The notes beneath the pieces were generated by a model. That model ran no database searches. It saw only the letters and a list, made by a program, of their open reading frames with translations, and had not been told where the DNA came from. A stretch of 32,000 bases of DNA from an uncultured Oceanicaulis sp. (GTDB lineage: Bacteria; Pseudomonadota; Alphaproteobacteria; Caulobacterales; Maricaulaceae). Below, piece after piece: positions 11,121-20,251 of this stretch. Where the stretch lies: assembly GCA_964484345.1 (NCBI GenBank), contig CAZAGE010000015.1:27975-59974 (forward strand). Direction: 5' to 3'. The first letter of the stretch is position 1, and every line of letters begins with the position of its first letter. A program made the position numbers and the translations under genes.

Positions 11121-13973
11121 ATGATTCATTCACGACGCATGGCGTCGCTTCTTTCGGCCTGTTCCGCTTCTGCATTAATGCTTGCCGCCGCGCCTGGGGC
11201 TCTCGCGCAGGGAGCGGACGAAAACGATGACGCAGAGACGGAAGTCCGGGACGTTATCACCGTCACAGTTGAACGTCGTGAGCAATCCATTCAGGACGTC
11301 GCCGCTACGGTGGCCTCGTTCGATGGCGAAAGCCTGAAGGATCTTGGCATCCAGACCTTCGCCGACCTCAATGGCCGCTATCCGGGCCTGCAGGTTGCGA
11401 ATAATCAGGGCAATATCGAGGTTTATATTCGCGGTGTCGGCTCGTCGAACAACACCGAACTCGGCGAGCCGGCGGCGGCGACCCACTTGGACGGCATTTA
11501 TATTCCGCGCCCGTCTGGCTTCGGCGCGGCCTTTTTCGACATTCAGCGCGTTGAAGTGAATGTCGGTCCGCAAGGTACGCTGCGCGGTCGTAACGCGACG
11601 GCCGGGTCTGTGAACGTGATCCCTTGGCGTCCCGGCATCGGCCAGTTCAACGCGGCGCTTGAAGCCAGCATCGGCAATTACAATGAGCGCACGCTCGAAG
11701 GCGTGGTCAATATTCCGGTGACCCAGAATTCCGCCTTCCGTCTGGCGGGCTCTTATCTGGAGCATGATAGCTATTTCACCAATGTGAACCCGCCGAGCAC
11801 CCAGCTTGGCACAAGCCTTGGGATCGCGGAGTCTGAGGGGATCGGCGTTGCTGAGGCGGCTGAGAATTTCGGTTTGCGGGCGTCCTATCTGATCGAGCCG
11901 ACGGACCGCTTGCGCGTTACCTTGACCGCCGACTGGCTAGGCGAGAACGGTTCTGGCTATACCGGCGTGAACTACGCCAACCCGCTCGGCAACGGGATCA
12001 ATCCTGACGACATCTCCAATCCGCGCGACGTCGTCGGCCGCGCCTTCACCCCGGAGCTCGACACCGATCACTACGGCTTCAAAGCCCATCTGGAATATGA
12101 CACCGACTGGTTCAGCATTGAGTATATCGGCGGGTATCGCGACCTGGTTTACGATTATCGCGCCGCGACCCCGCTCTCGCCGTTCTATGACGGGGTCTAC
12201 GACAATCTGCGTAACCCGGTGGACGGCAATCTGGACGAGGCGTTCGACAACTTCTCCTGGTTCCAGTCCATCAACGACTCCGAGTCGCAGGTTCACGAAC
12301 TTCGCCTATTCAACCAGTATGACAACGGCGCGGTCTGGAATGCGGGCGTCTTCTACTTTGAAGAAGACCAGCGCACCTTCCTGGGCGCGACGGGCGACCG
12401 CGGCCCGTTTTTCTCAGGGCTGGAATTCAATCAGCGCACGCAGACGGAATCCATCGCCTTCTACGCCGACGCGACCTATCCGGTCACCGACACCTTCCGC
12501 GTGACGGCCGGTATCCGATACTCGGACGAAGACAAAGAGCGCCAGGGCGTCAACGCCCGCTACGGCTTCGCCATCGGCGGCGCAGGGTACAACTGCTGCG
12601 GCGGTGTGCGGATCGGTACGGAAGGCTTCGAGTTCAACGTCTTCGACCGCTCGATCTTCAATCCGGACACCGATGGCGACGGTCAGGTGACGGACCAGGA
12701 GACGCTGGAATTCTTCTTCGACGGCGTGAGAACCTTCGGCGCGCGCGACAATGTGGATGACATCTTCATTGATCCGGTGACGGGTCAAATTCGCGGTCTG
12801 GTCGGCGTTGATCTGGGCAATCCGGGTCAGATCGCCAGCTATCCCGATTGTTTGGACACGATTGTCGGGGATTTCTGGGACTGCCCGTCAGCCACCGACG
12901 GCATTCCGTGGGACAACGCGGCCGCGGGCAAGCTCACCTTCGCGCTGCCCTTCCTCGGTCAGATCGCCCCGCAGAACGGGTTTGCGAACTACAACTTCGT
13001 GGACTGGCGTTTGCGCTTTGAGTGGGACGTCACCGATCGCAACCTGGTTTATGGCTCGGTCAGCACCGGCCATAACGGCGGCGGCTTCAACGACAACCTG
13101 CCCGATGTCAGCGGTGTGAGCTTCAACGTCACCGGCGGCGGGTCGACGCCGTTCGACACCTCCACGTTGGCGCCGACTTTCGATGAAGAAAGCGTCATCG
13201 TCTACGAGCTCGGCTCGAAGAATGAGTTCGACACCGAGTGGGGGACAGGTTACTTCAACGCTTCGGTTTTCTATTATGATTACCAGGACTTGATCCAAAA
13301 CGTCCTGCTGTCCGTGGGGCAGATTCTGGACGGTGAAGGGCTCGATACGTCGGGCGCGGACGCAAACGAGCTCGGCCTGGTGGTGAACTTCAACTTCAAC
13401 GCCGCAGACGCTGAGATCTACGGCGCCCAGTTCGAAGCTGGTTTTGATCTTCCCGCAAACATGCAGTGGAAGGGCACGTTGTTGCTGATGCCGGAAGCGC
13501 GGATTGTGGACGCGGAGCTGATCCAAGACTCCCGCTTCCAGGCGGACGTTGCGCCGGACCAAGCGATCCCGCAGTCCATCGACGGCTTCCGTCTGCGCCG
13601 CACGCCGGAAGTGTCGATCCAGACCTCGCTCAGCCAGCGCATCTTCATGGATATCGGCGAGTTCGACTGGATCGTCTCGCTCGGCTACCGCACGTCTCAG
13701 AACCAGGATTTGTTCAACGGCGTCGTCTACCCGGAGTTTGACCTGGCCAATGACGATCCGCTCCGTTTGAACGATACGACGGAGGCGTATGCGACGATTG
13801 ACGCGGGCGCCGGCTTCACGCCGTCCCGCTTCCCGAACCTGGACCTCGAGGTCTATGTTCAGAACCTGACCGACGAGCAGAAGGAAGCGGCGATTATCAT
13901 CACCCAGTTTGATAACACCCGCTTCTTCACCCGTCCGCGCACCTATGGCGCGCGGGTCCGCTGGGTCTATTAA
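11121..13973 (+). CDS. TonB-dependent outer-membrane receptor
   Basis: 950 aa. GGGGAGG SD. Signal peptide ending 'APGALAQG', TonB-box-like 'DVITVTV', plug motifs ('IEVYIRGVGS', 'RVEVNVGPQGTLRGRNATAGSVN'), and a C-terminal beta-barrel ending 'RTYGARVRWVY' (terminal aromatic residue). Confidence 0.9.
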   Translation: MIHSRRMASLLSACSASALMLAAAPGALAQGADENDDAETEVRDVITVTVERREQSIQDVAATVASFDGESLKDLGIQTFADLNGRYPGLQVANNQGNIEVYIRGVGSSNNTELGEPAAATHLDGIYIPRPSGFGAAFFDIQRVEVNVGPQGTLRGRNATAGSVNVIPWRPGIGQFNAALEASIGNYNERTLEGVVNIPVTQNSAFRLAGSYLEHDSYFTNVNPPSTQLGTSLGIAESEGIGVAEAAENFGLRASYLIEPTDRLRVTLTADWLGENGSGYTGVNYANPLGNGINPDDISNPRDVVGRAFTPELDTDHYGFKAHLEYDTDWFSIEYIGGYRDLVYDYRAATPLSPFYDGVYDNLRNPVDGNLDEAFDNFSWFQSINDSESQVHELRLFNQYDNGAVWNAGVFYFEEDQRTFLGATGDRGPFFSGLEFNQRTQTESIAFYADATYPVTDTFRVTAGIRYSDEDKERQGVNARYGFAIGGAGYNCCGGVRIGTEGFEFNVFDRSIFNPDTDGDGQVTDQETLEFFFDGVRTFGARDNVDDIFIDPVTGQIRGLVGVDLGNPGQIASYPDCLDTIVGDFWDCPSATDGIPWDNAAAGKLTFALPFLGQIAPQNGFANYNFVDWRLRFEWDVTDRNLVYGSVSTGHNGGGFNDNLPDVSGVSFNVTGGGSTPFDTSTLAPTFDEESVIVYELGSKNEFDTEWGTGYFNASVFYYDYQDLIQNVLLSVGQILDGEGLDTSGADANELGLVVNFNFNAADAEIYGAQFEAGFDLPANMQWKGTLLLMPEARIVDAELIQDSRFQADVAPDQAIPQSIDGFRLRRTPEVSIQTSLSQRIFMDIGEFDWIVSLGYRTSQNQDLFNGVVYPEFDLANDDPLRLNDTTEAYATIDAGAGFTPSRFPNLDLEVYVQNLTDEQKEAAIIITQFDNTRFFTRPRTYGARVRWVY

Positions 13974-14001
13974 TCGAGCAACGTCCTTAAAGGAGAGCGA
14001 G

Positions 14002-14985
14002 ATGATTTTGTCATCCCTGCTCGCCGGCCTTGGGGGGACGCTGGCGCTGTCCACGGCGGAAGCCGTGGACAGCAGCCAAGCAGAGCCCGGCTGGCGTCTT
14101 GTCTGGTCTGATGAGTTCGAAGGTGAAGCCCTCGACGAGACCAAGTGGAACCGTGAAGTCGATTGCTGGGGCGGCGGCAATGAAGAGCGCCAATGCTACA
14201 CGGCGCGAGAGGAAAACGCCCGCGTCGAAGACGGCATGCTGATCCTGGAGGCGCGTTTGGAGGAGGCCACGGGCCCGGCCCTGCCGCAGCGTCTGTGGAC
14301 CACCGAAGAAGACCGCACCAACACCAATACCCAGCCTTTCACCTCCGGCCGGATCAACACGGCGGGCAAAGGCGATTGGACCTATGGCCGGATCGAAGTG
14401 CGCGCGCGCCTTCCCGAAGGTCAGGGCACCTGGCCAGCGATCTGGATGCTGCCCACCGACGAAGTTTATGGCGGCTGGGCGCTGTCGGGCGAAATCGACA
14501 TTCTGGAAGCGGTCAATCTCGGCGCGGAATGCCGAGAGTGCCGCGGCCGCGTTGAGAACCGCATCTTCGGCACGCTCCACTTCGGCGGCGCCTGGCCGCA
14601 AAACACCTATCAGAACCGCGAAACCACTTTGCCCACGGGCGAAAACGGTGAGCAGATCTTCCATGACTTCGCTATCGAGTGGAGTGAGGGACGGATCGAG
14701 TGGTTCTTGAACGGGGAATCCTACGGCTATCTGACCCAGCGCCGCTGGCGCACCCTATCGGACGCCGCGGAAGCCCGGGGCAATCCCTATGCGCCGTTTG
14801 ATCAGCGTTTCCACCTGATCTTGAACCTCGCCATCGGCGGGCATCTGGCGGAAAGCCGGTCGGCGGGCGGGGTTGATCCGCAAGGCTATCCCAAGCAATT
14901 CGAGATCGATTATGTGCGGGTCTATGACTGCCCGAGAGATCCGGAAACGGCCGTGGCGTGCCGCAACGCGGCTGTGCAGCGCTAA
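14002..14985 (+). CDS. secreted glycoside hydrolase family 16 (laminarinase / beta-1,3(-1,4)-glucanase type)
   Basis: The track ORF begins at 13909. ATG 14002 was chosen because AAGGAG lies upstream and it yields the signal peptide 'MILSSLLAGLGGTLALSTAEA'. GH16 catalytic motif 'GEIDILEA', plus 'WPAIWMLP' and 'HLILNLAIGG'. Confidence 0.9.
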   Translation: MILSSLLAGLGGTLALSTAEAVDSSQAEPGWRLVWSDEFEGEALDETKWNREVDCWGGGNEERQCYTAREENARVEDGMLILEARLEEATGPALPQRLWTTEEDRTNTNTQPFTSGRINTAGKGDWTYGRIEVRARLPEGQGTWPAIWMLPTDEVYGGWALSGEIDILEAVNLGAECRECRGRVENRIFGTLHFGGAWPQNTYQNRETTLPTGENGEQIFHDFAIEWSEGRIEWFLNGESYGYLTQRRWRTLSDAAEARGNPYAPFDQRFHLILNLAIGGHLAESRSAGGVDPQGYPKQFEIDYVRVYDCPRDPETAVACRNAAVQR

Positions 14986-15022
14986 GCGCGCCATACCAGT
15001 AGCGCATAAAGGCGCCTGATCC

Positions 15023-16480
15023 ATGACTGAAGCCCGACGCGTCACCGCGCCGGAGGACCGCGTGTCCTTCCTCCACCGGCTGGCTTATGGGTCAGGCGCC
15101 TTCGCCAATAATCTTCTGGCGGGCGCGATCACCGGCATGATCGTGCTGCTTCACGAAAATCTCGGCGTCAGCCTGGTTATGCTCGGCGTGATCACCGCAG
15201 CCCCGCGCTTCTTTGATGCGCTCACCGACCCGATCGTCGGCTACATCTCCGATAACTTCAAATCCCGCTGGGGGCGGCGTCGCCCCTTCATCTTCGTCGG
15301 CGCCATTTTAGTGGGAATCTGCTTCTTCCTGCTTTGGCAATTCCCAGAAGGCCAAAGCCCGGAGTTTTACGTCTGGTGGTATACCGCCGGGTCAATCATC
15401 TTCTTCCTGGCCTACACGATTTACGCCACACCCTGGGTGGCGCTGGGCTATGAGCTGACCCCGGACTACGATCAGCGCACCCTGCTCATGGGGACGCAGA
15501 ATTTCATCGGCCAGCTGGCCTTCTTCCTGCCGCCCTACATGCTGGTCATCGCCAAGCAGAGCGAGTGGTTCGCCGATCCGATCGATGGCGCGCGCCTGGT
15601 GGCCGCCGGCGTCGCGGTGGTGGTCATCATTTGCGGAGTCATCCCGGCGATTTTCCTGAAAGAGCGCATGGCCGATATCGCCCTGGAGGAAAGCGAACGC
15701 ACCGGGCATGGCCGTAATCTGGTCAACGAGCTCAAAGGCTTTTTCGTCAGCATGGCGCAGGCGCTGAGCTTCGTGCCTTTCTTGAAGATCTGCTTCGTCA
15801 CCTTCCTGGTCTTCAACGGCTTCATCTTGATCGCGTCTTACGGCTATTTCGTTCTGAGCTATTACGTGTTCGCCGGTGATACTGAAGCCGGCGCCGAACT
15901 CGGCGCCCTCGTCGCGACTGTGGGCTCGCTAGCGAATTTCGCCATTGTGGCCTTCGTGACATGGCTGGCTTCCCGCATCGGGCAGAAACGCACCTTCATC
16001 ATCGCCATCTCTCTGGCGATGCTGGGGTATGCGCTGAAGACTTTCGCTTACAGCCCCGAGCACCCTTGGCTGATTTTGTTGCCGGCGCCGCTGATGGCGT
16101 TTGGTTTGGGCTCTCTCTTCACCTTGATGCCATCGATGATGGCGGACGTGGTCGACCAGGACGAGCTGCGGACCGGGCAGCGCCGCGAAGGGATGTTCGC
16201 GTCGATTTATTGGTGGGTGGTCAAGCTTGGTCAAACCGCCGCCGCCATGGTCGGCGCCTGGCTCCTGGCGAGCACGGGGCTGGACGTGGACCTGGGCGGG
16301 GACCAAAGCGACGCGACCTTCCTGCTGCTGCGCGTTTACGATATCGGCTTGCCGATTTTGCTCTACGCTCTCGCGATCGGCGTCGTCTTGACGCTGAACG
16401 TCTCGCGCGAGAAGTCTGAAGCCGTTCGCACCGAGCTTGAATTGCGCCGCGGCGCGCCCGACCCGCATCCGGCCGAGTAA
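15023..16480 (+). CDS. MFS transporter, glycoside-pentoside-hexuronide (GPH):cation symporter family
   Basis: 485 aa with about 12 hydrophobic segments. GPH signature 'DALTDPIVGYISDN..RWGRRRPFI'. Confidence 0.85.
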   Translation: MTEARRVTAPEDRVSFLHRLAYGSGAFANNLLAGAITGMIVLLHENLGVSLVMLGVITAAPRFFDALTDPIVGYISDNFKSRWGRRRPFIFVGAILVGICFFLLWQFPEGQSPEFYVWWYTAGSIIFFLAYTIYATPWVALGYELTPDYDQRTLLMGTQNFIGQLAFFLPPYMLVIAKQSEWFADPIDGARLVAAGVAVVVIICGVIPAIFLKERMADIALEESERTGHGRNLVNELKGFFVSMAQALSFVPFLKICFVTFLVFNGFILIASYGYFVLSYYVFAGDTEAGAELGALVATVGSLANFAIVAFVTWLASRIGQKRTFIIAISLAMLGYALKTFAYSPEHPWLILLPAPLMAFGLGSLFTLMPSMMADVVDQDELRTGQRREGMFASIYWWVVKLGQTAAAMVGAWLLASTGLDVDLGGDQSDATFLLLRVYDIGLPILLYALAIGVVLTLNVSREKSEAVRTELELRRGAPDPHPAE

Positions 16481-16565
16481 CAGGCGGGACAAGCGGAGGG
16501 AAACCGGTTTAAAACCCCAATGACAACGTTTACCTACAGCGCTCAGAGGTTCGAGGAAGACGATA

Positions 16566-18791
16566 ATGGCCAACGCCATGCGCACTGAAGACAGGGAGCC
16601 GATGGACATCGCATCCCGGGTGGAGGCGGTTCTGGCGCAGATGACGCTGGAGGAAAAGGCGGGCCAGCTGAACAGCGTCGACGCCTCCAGCCCCGATCCG
16701 TCCAGCCGCCTGGCCGACGATATCCGTGCGGGCCGGATCGGCGCGGTGCTCAACCAGGTCGAGCTGCCGGAAATCTGCGCCCTTCAGCATATTGCGCTGG
16801 AAGAAAGCCGTCTGGGCATCCCGCTCCTGTTCAGCCGGGACGTCATCCACGGCTTCAACACCGTCTTCCCGCTGCCCTTGGGCCAAGCGGCCAGCTGGAA
16901 CCCCGATATCGTGCGTGAGGGCGCGCGCATCGCCGCCCATGAAGCCGCCGCGGTGGGCATTCGCTGGACCTTTGCGCCCATGGTCGACATTTCCCGCGAC
17001 GCCCGCTGGGGCCGGATCGCGGAATCGCTGGGCGAAGACCCCTATCTCGCCTCCGTGCTGGGCGCGGCGATGGTGGAGGGCTTTCAGGGCGAGGACCTGT
17101 CCGCCCCAGGCAGCATCGCCGCCTGCGTGAAGCATTTCGCCGGCTATGGCGCGTCCGAAGCTGGGCGCGACTACGCCGCCACGACGATTCCCGACAATGA
17201 AATGCGCAATGTCTATCTGCCGCCGTTCAAGGCGGCGCTGAAGGCGGGCGCGGCGACCTTCATGACCTCCTTCGGGGATATCGACGGCATTCCGGCGACC
17301 GGCAACGACTATCTGATAAACGGCGTTCTGCGCGATGAAATGGGCTTTGACGGCCTGATGATCAGCGATTGGGATTCCATCGGCCAACTGATCATCCACG
17401 GCTTCGCCGAAGACCCTAAGGAGGCGGCGCGCATCGCGGCTGAGGCCGGTGTCGACATGGACATGATGTCCTCCGCCTTCGTGGACTATTTGCCTAAGCT
17501 GGTGCGCGAAGGCCTGGTCCCTGAAGACGTGTTGGACGAGATGGCGCGCCGGGTGCTGACCTTGAAATTCACCCTCGGCGTGGTGGACGACCCCTATGCC
17601 GACATCCATCGCGGCGGCACGCCGGATCGCGAAAAGGCGCTCGCGCTGGCGCACGAGGCTGCCGTTCAGTCTCTCGTTTTGCTCAAGAATGAAGGCGAGG
17701 TGCTGCCGCTCGATTTCAAAGCGCTCGACGGCCTTGCGCTGATCGGTCCGCTCGCCGATCAGCCGGTGGAGCAGATGGGCACCTGGGTGTTTGACGGCGA
17801 AGCCGAGCGCAGCGTGACGCCGGCGGCGGCATTTAAAGACGCGCTGGGGTCCGACCGTCTGCGCTTCGTACCGGGCCTGACCCATTCCCGCGACACGAGC
17901 CATGAGGCCTTCAAGGCCGCCGTGCACGCGGCTGAGGCCAGTGACGCTGTGGTGCTCTGCCTTGGCGAAGAAGCCATCCTGTCCGGCGAGGCGCATAGCC
18001 GCGCCGACATCACCTTGCCAGGCGCCCAGGTCGAGCTGGCGCGGGCGCTGAAAGCGACCGGCAAGCCGGTGATCGGCGTGGTGCTGGCGGGGCGGCCGCT
18101 GGTGCTGTCCAATGTCGACGAGTGCTTCGATGCGCTGATCTATGCCTGGCACCCCGGCAATCGGGGCGGCACGGCGCTTGTCGATGTGATCTCAGGCAAG
18201 GTCAGCCCCTCCGGCAAGCTGCCGCTCAGCTTCCCCAAATCGGTCGGCCAAATCCCGATCCACTATAACCGCAAGAATTCCGGCCGCCCGGCCGAGCCGG
18301 ACAAAGTCGTGCATATCGACGACATTCCGGTCGGCGCCCCCCAGACCTCGCTGGGCATGAGCTCCTTCCATCTCGATGACGGCTATGAGCCGGCCTACGT
18401 CTTCGGCCATGGCCTGAGCTACACGCAATTCCACTATGGCGCGGTACGGCTCAGCACCCATGAGATGGGCGCCGGCGAAGCGCTGGAGGTCACCGTGGAG
18501 CTCTCCAATACCGGCGAGCGCGAGGCGGTGGAGATCGCCCAGCTTTATATCCGCGACCGCGCCGCCAGCCTGACCCGCCCAGTGCGGGAGCTTAAAGCGT
18601 TCCAGCGCGTCAGCCTGAAGCCGGGCGAGCGGACGACCTTGCGCTTTGCGCTGGCCGAGGCCGATCTCGCCTTCAGCCGCCGGGACAAGAGTTTCGGCGC
18701 GGAGCCCGGCATGTTCGATGTCTGGGTGGGCGGCGACAGCAAGGCCTCGGCGCATGCCGAATTTCGCCTAACTGCGGTGAGCGAGGCCTAA
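16566..18791 (+). CDS. bglX: glycoside hydrolase family 3 beta-glucosidase (BglX-like), no signal peptide
   Basis: 741 aa. GH3 motifs 'KHFAGYG', 'FDGLMISDWDS' (nucleophile Asp region), 'LLKNEG..LPL', and a C-terminal fibronectin-like domain ('AQLYIRD..SLTRPVRELKAFQRVSL'). The N-terminus 'MANAMRTEDREPMDIASR' is hydrophilic. Confidence 0.9.
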   Translation: MANAMRTEDREPMDIASRVEAVLAQMTLEEKAGQLNSVDASSPDPSSRLADDIRAGRIGAVLNQVELPEICALQHIALEESRLGIPLLFSRDVIHGFNTVFPLPLGQAASWNPDIVREGARIAAHEAAAVGIRWTFAPMVDISRDARWGRIAESLGEDPYLASVLGAAMVEGFQGEDLSAPGSIAACVKHFAGYGASEAGRDYAATTIPDNEMRNVYLPPFKAALKAGAATFMTSFGDIDGIPATGNDYLINGVLRDEMGFDGLMISDWDSIGQLIIHGFAEDPKEAARIAAEAGVDMDMMSSAFVDYLPKLVREGLVPEDVLDEMARRVLTLKFTLGVVDDPYADIHRGGTPDREKALALAHEAAVQSLVLLKNEGEVLPLDFKALDGLALIGPLADQPVEQMGTWVFDGEAERSVTPAAAFKDALGSDRLRFVPGLTHSRDTSHEAFKAAVHAAEASDAVVLCLGEEAILSGEAHSRADITLPGAQVELARALKATGKPVIGVVLAGRPLVLSNVDECFDALIYAWHPGNRGGTALVDVISGKVSPSGKLPLSFPKSVGQIPIHYNRKNSGRPAEPDKVVHIDDIPVGAPQTSLGMSSFHLDDGYEPAYVFGHGLSYTQFHYGAVRLSTHEMGAGEALEVTVELSNTGEREAVEIAQLYIRDRAASLTRPVRELKAFQRVSLKPGERTTLRFALAEADLAFSRRDKSFGAEPGMFDVWVGGDSKASAHAEFRLTAVSEA

Positions 18792-18846
18792 ACCGCGACC
18801 TTGCGCTGGATCGGCCTAAATTCCGTCGCACCCACGGCGGAGCGTA

Positions 18847-20160
18847 ATGCCCATGTCCGATCAAACCGGCCGCAAAGTCCCCACTGGACGATTGAATCGC
18901 CTGGCGCGCCTGGGCGCCTGGGGTGTCGGCACGGCGGGCTCAGCGGCGGTGCAGGGCGCAAGCGCCGTGATGACCGGGCGCAAGACCAGCTTTTCGGATT
19001 TGATCATGACGCCGCGTTCGGTCCAGCGCTTGGGCGAAGAACTCGCGCGCTTGCGCGGCGCCGCGCTGAAAGCCGGGCAGATGCTGTCTATGGACGCGGG
19101 CGATTTTCTCCCGCCTGAGCTCGCTGAGCTGACCGATCACCTGCGCGACGGGGTGGAGCCGATGGCGCCGCACCAGCTGCGCCGGTCGCTCGACCGGGCG
19201 TGGGGGCCGGGCTGGCTAATGACCTTCAAACGCTTCAGCGCCCGGCCCGCCGCCTCCGCCTCCATCGGCCAGGTTCATAAAGCGATCCTGAAAGATGACC
19301 GCGTCGTCGCCGTGAAGGTTCAGCACCCCGGCGTCAAAGAGAGCATCGACAGCGATGTCGACAATGTCGGCGTGCTGGTGCGGATGTCGGGCCTGGCGCC
19401 CAAAGGGATCAATATGGCGGCGCTATTGGACGAGGTTCGGCGCCAGCTCCATGACGAGACGGATTATGTTCGCGAAGCCGACAATGCCCGGCGCTACGCT
19501 GCGGCGATTGGCGAGGACGAGCGCTTCACCATCCCAGGCGTCCATGCCGACCGATCCGGCGCGACGATCTTGGTGCTCGACTGGATTGACGGTGGCGGTA
19601 TTGAGCGCGCGGCCGATCAGTCGATGGCAGAGCGGGAGCGCGTCTTCAGAGCCTTCTTCGATCTAACGCTGGCGGAATTGTTCCACCTCGGTTTGATGCA
19701 AACCGATCCGAACTTCGCGAACTTCCTTTATGCCGGACCCGGCCAGCCTCTGGGTCTCATTGATTTTGGCGCGGTGCGCGATATTCCTATCGAAGTTTCA
19801 AAGGGCTATCGCACCGTGCTCGGCGCTGCGCTGGACGGGACCCGCGCCGATCTGGACGCAGCCTTGGAGGGGCTGGGCGTCTTGGCCGACAGCATGGATG
19901 CGCAACTGCGCGCCTCCATCCTTGATCTCACCGAACAAAGCTTTGCGCCCTTGCGCGAAGGCGGCCTTATCGACTTCACCGATCGCTCCATGGCGGCAGG
20001 TATCCGCGACGACGCCCTGCAAATGCGCAATCGTGATCTTAGCCATACGCCGCCGCCCGCGCTGATCTTCATTCAACGAAAACTGGCGGGCGTTTACCTC
20101 TTGGGCGCGCGCCTGGGTTTGAAAGTTGACCTCACCAATCCCCTCCGCGCGGTTTTGTAG
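18847..20160 (+). CDS. ABC1/AarF/UbiB atypical kinase family protein
   Basis: 437 aa. ABC1-domain segments 'ASIGQVHKA', 'VAVKVQHPGV' (catalytic Lys), 'GLMQTDPNFANFLY' and 'LIDFGA'. I saw no C-terminal TM segment. ATG 18853 is an alternative start. Confidence 0.8.
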   Translation: MPMSDQTGRKVPTGRLNRLARLGAWGVGTAGSAAVQGASAVMTGRKTSFSDLIMTPRSVQRLGEELARLRGAALKAGQMLSMDAGDFLPPELAELTDHLRDGVEPMAPHQLRRSLDRAWGPGWLMTFKRFSARPAASASIGQVHKAILKDDRVVAVKVQHPGVKESIDSDVDNVGVLVRMSGLAPKGINMAALLDEVRRQLHDETDYVREADNARRYAAAIGEDERFTIPGVHADRSGATILVLDWIDGGGIERAADQSMAERERVFRAFFDLTLAELFHLGLMQTDPNFANFLYAGPGQPLGLIDFGAVRDIPIEVSKGYRTVLGAALDGTRADLDAALEGLGVLADSMDAQLRASILDLTEQSFAPLREGGLIDFTDRSMAAGIRDDALQMRNRDLSHTPPPALIFIQRKLAGVYLLGARLGLKVDLTNPLRAVL

Positions 20161-20202
20161 CGGCTAAATCCCTATTTCAACCAGGGAAAAGAATTGTCCA
20201 AC

Positions 20203-20220
20203 TGTCCAGTTTGTTGGACA
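20203..20220. promoter_or_regulatory. PpsR/CrtJ-type operator TGT-N12-ACA (TGTCCAGTTTGTTGGACA) upstream of bchI
   Basis: Perfect TGT-N12-ACA, extended inverted repeat TGTCCA/TGGACA, 32 nt upstream of the bchI ATG. An additional TGTCCA copy at 20195-20200 forms a nested palindrome with TGGACA at 20215-20220. Confidence 0.6.
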
Positions 20221-20251
20221 CTTGGGTCGTTAAGCGGCCCGAGGCGTGTCC

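Noticed and set aside
16530-18152. 540-aa minus-strand ORF, antisense to the GH3 gene. Similar cases: 12888-14180 opposite the TonB receptor/GH16, 14011-14664, and 15929-16753.
   Set aside because: Same reason: low-complexity Arg/Ala/Gly-rich translations with no motifs, each opposite a strongly supported gene.
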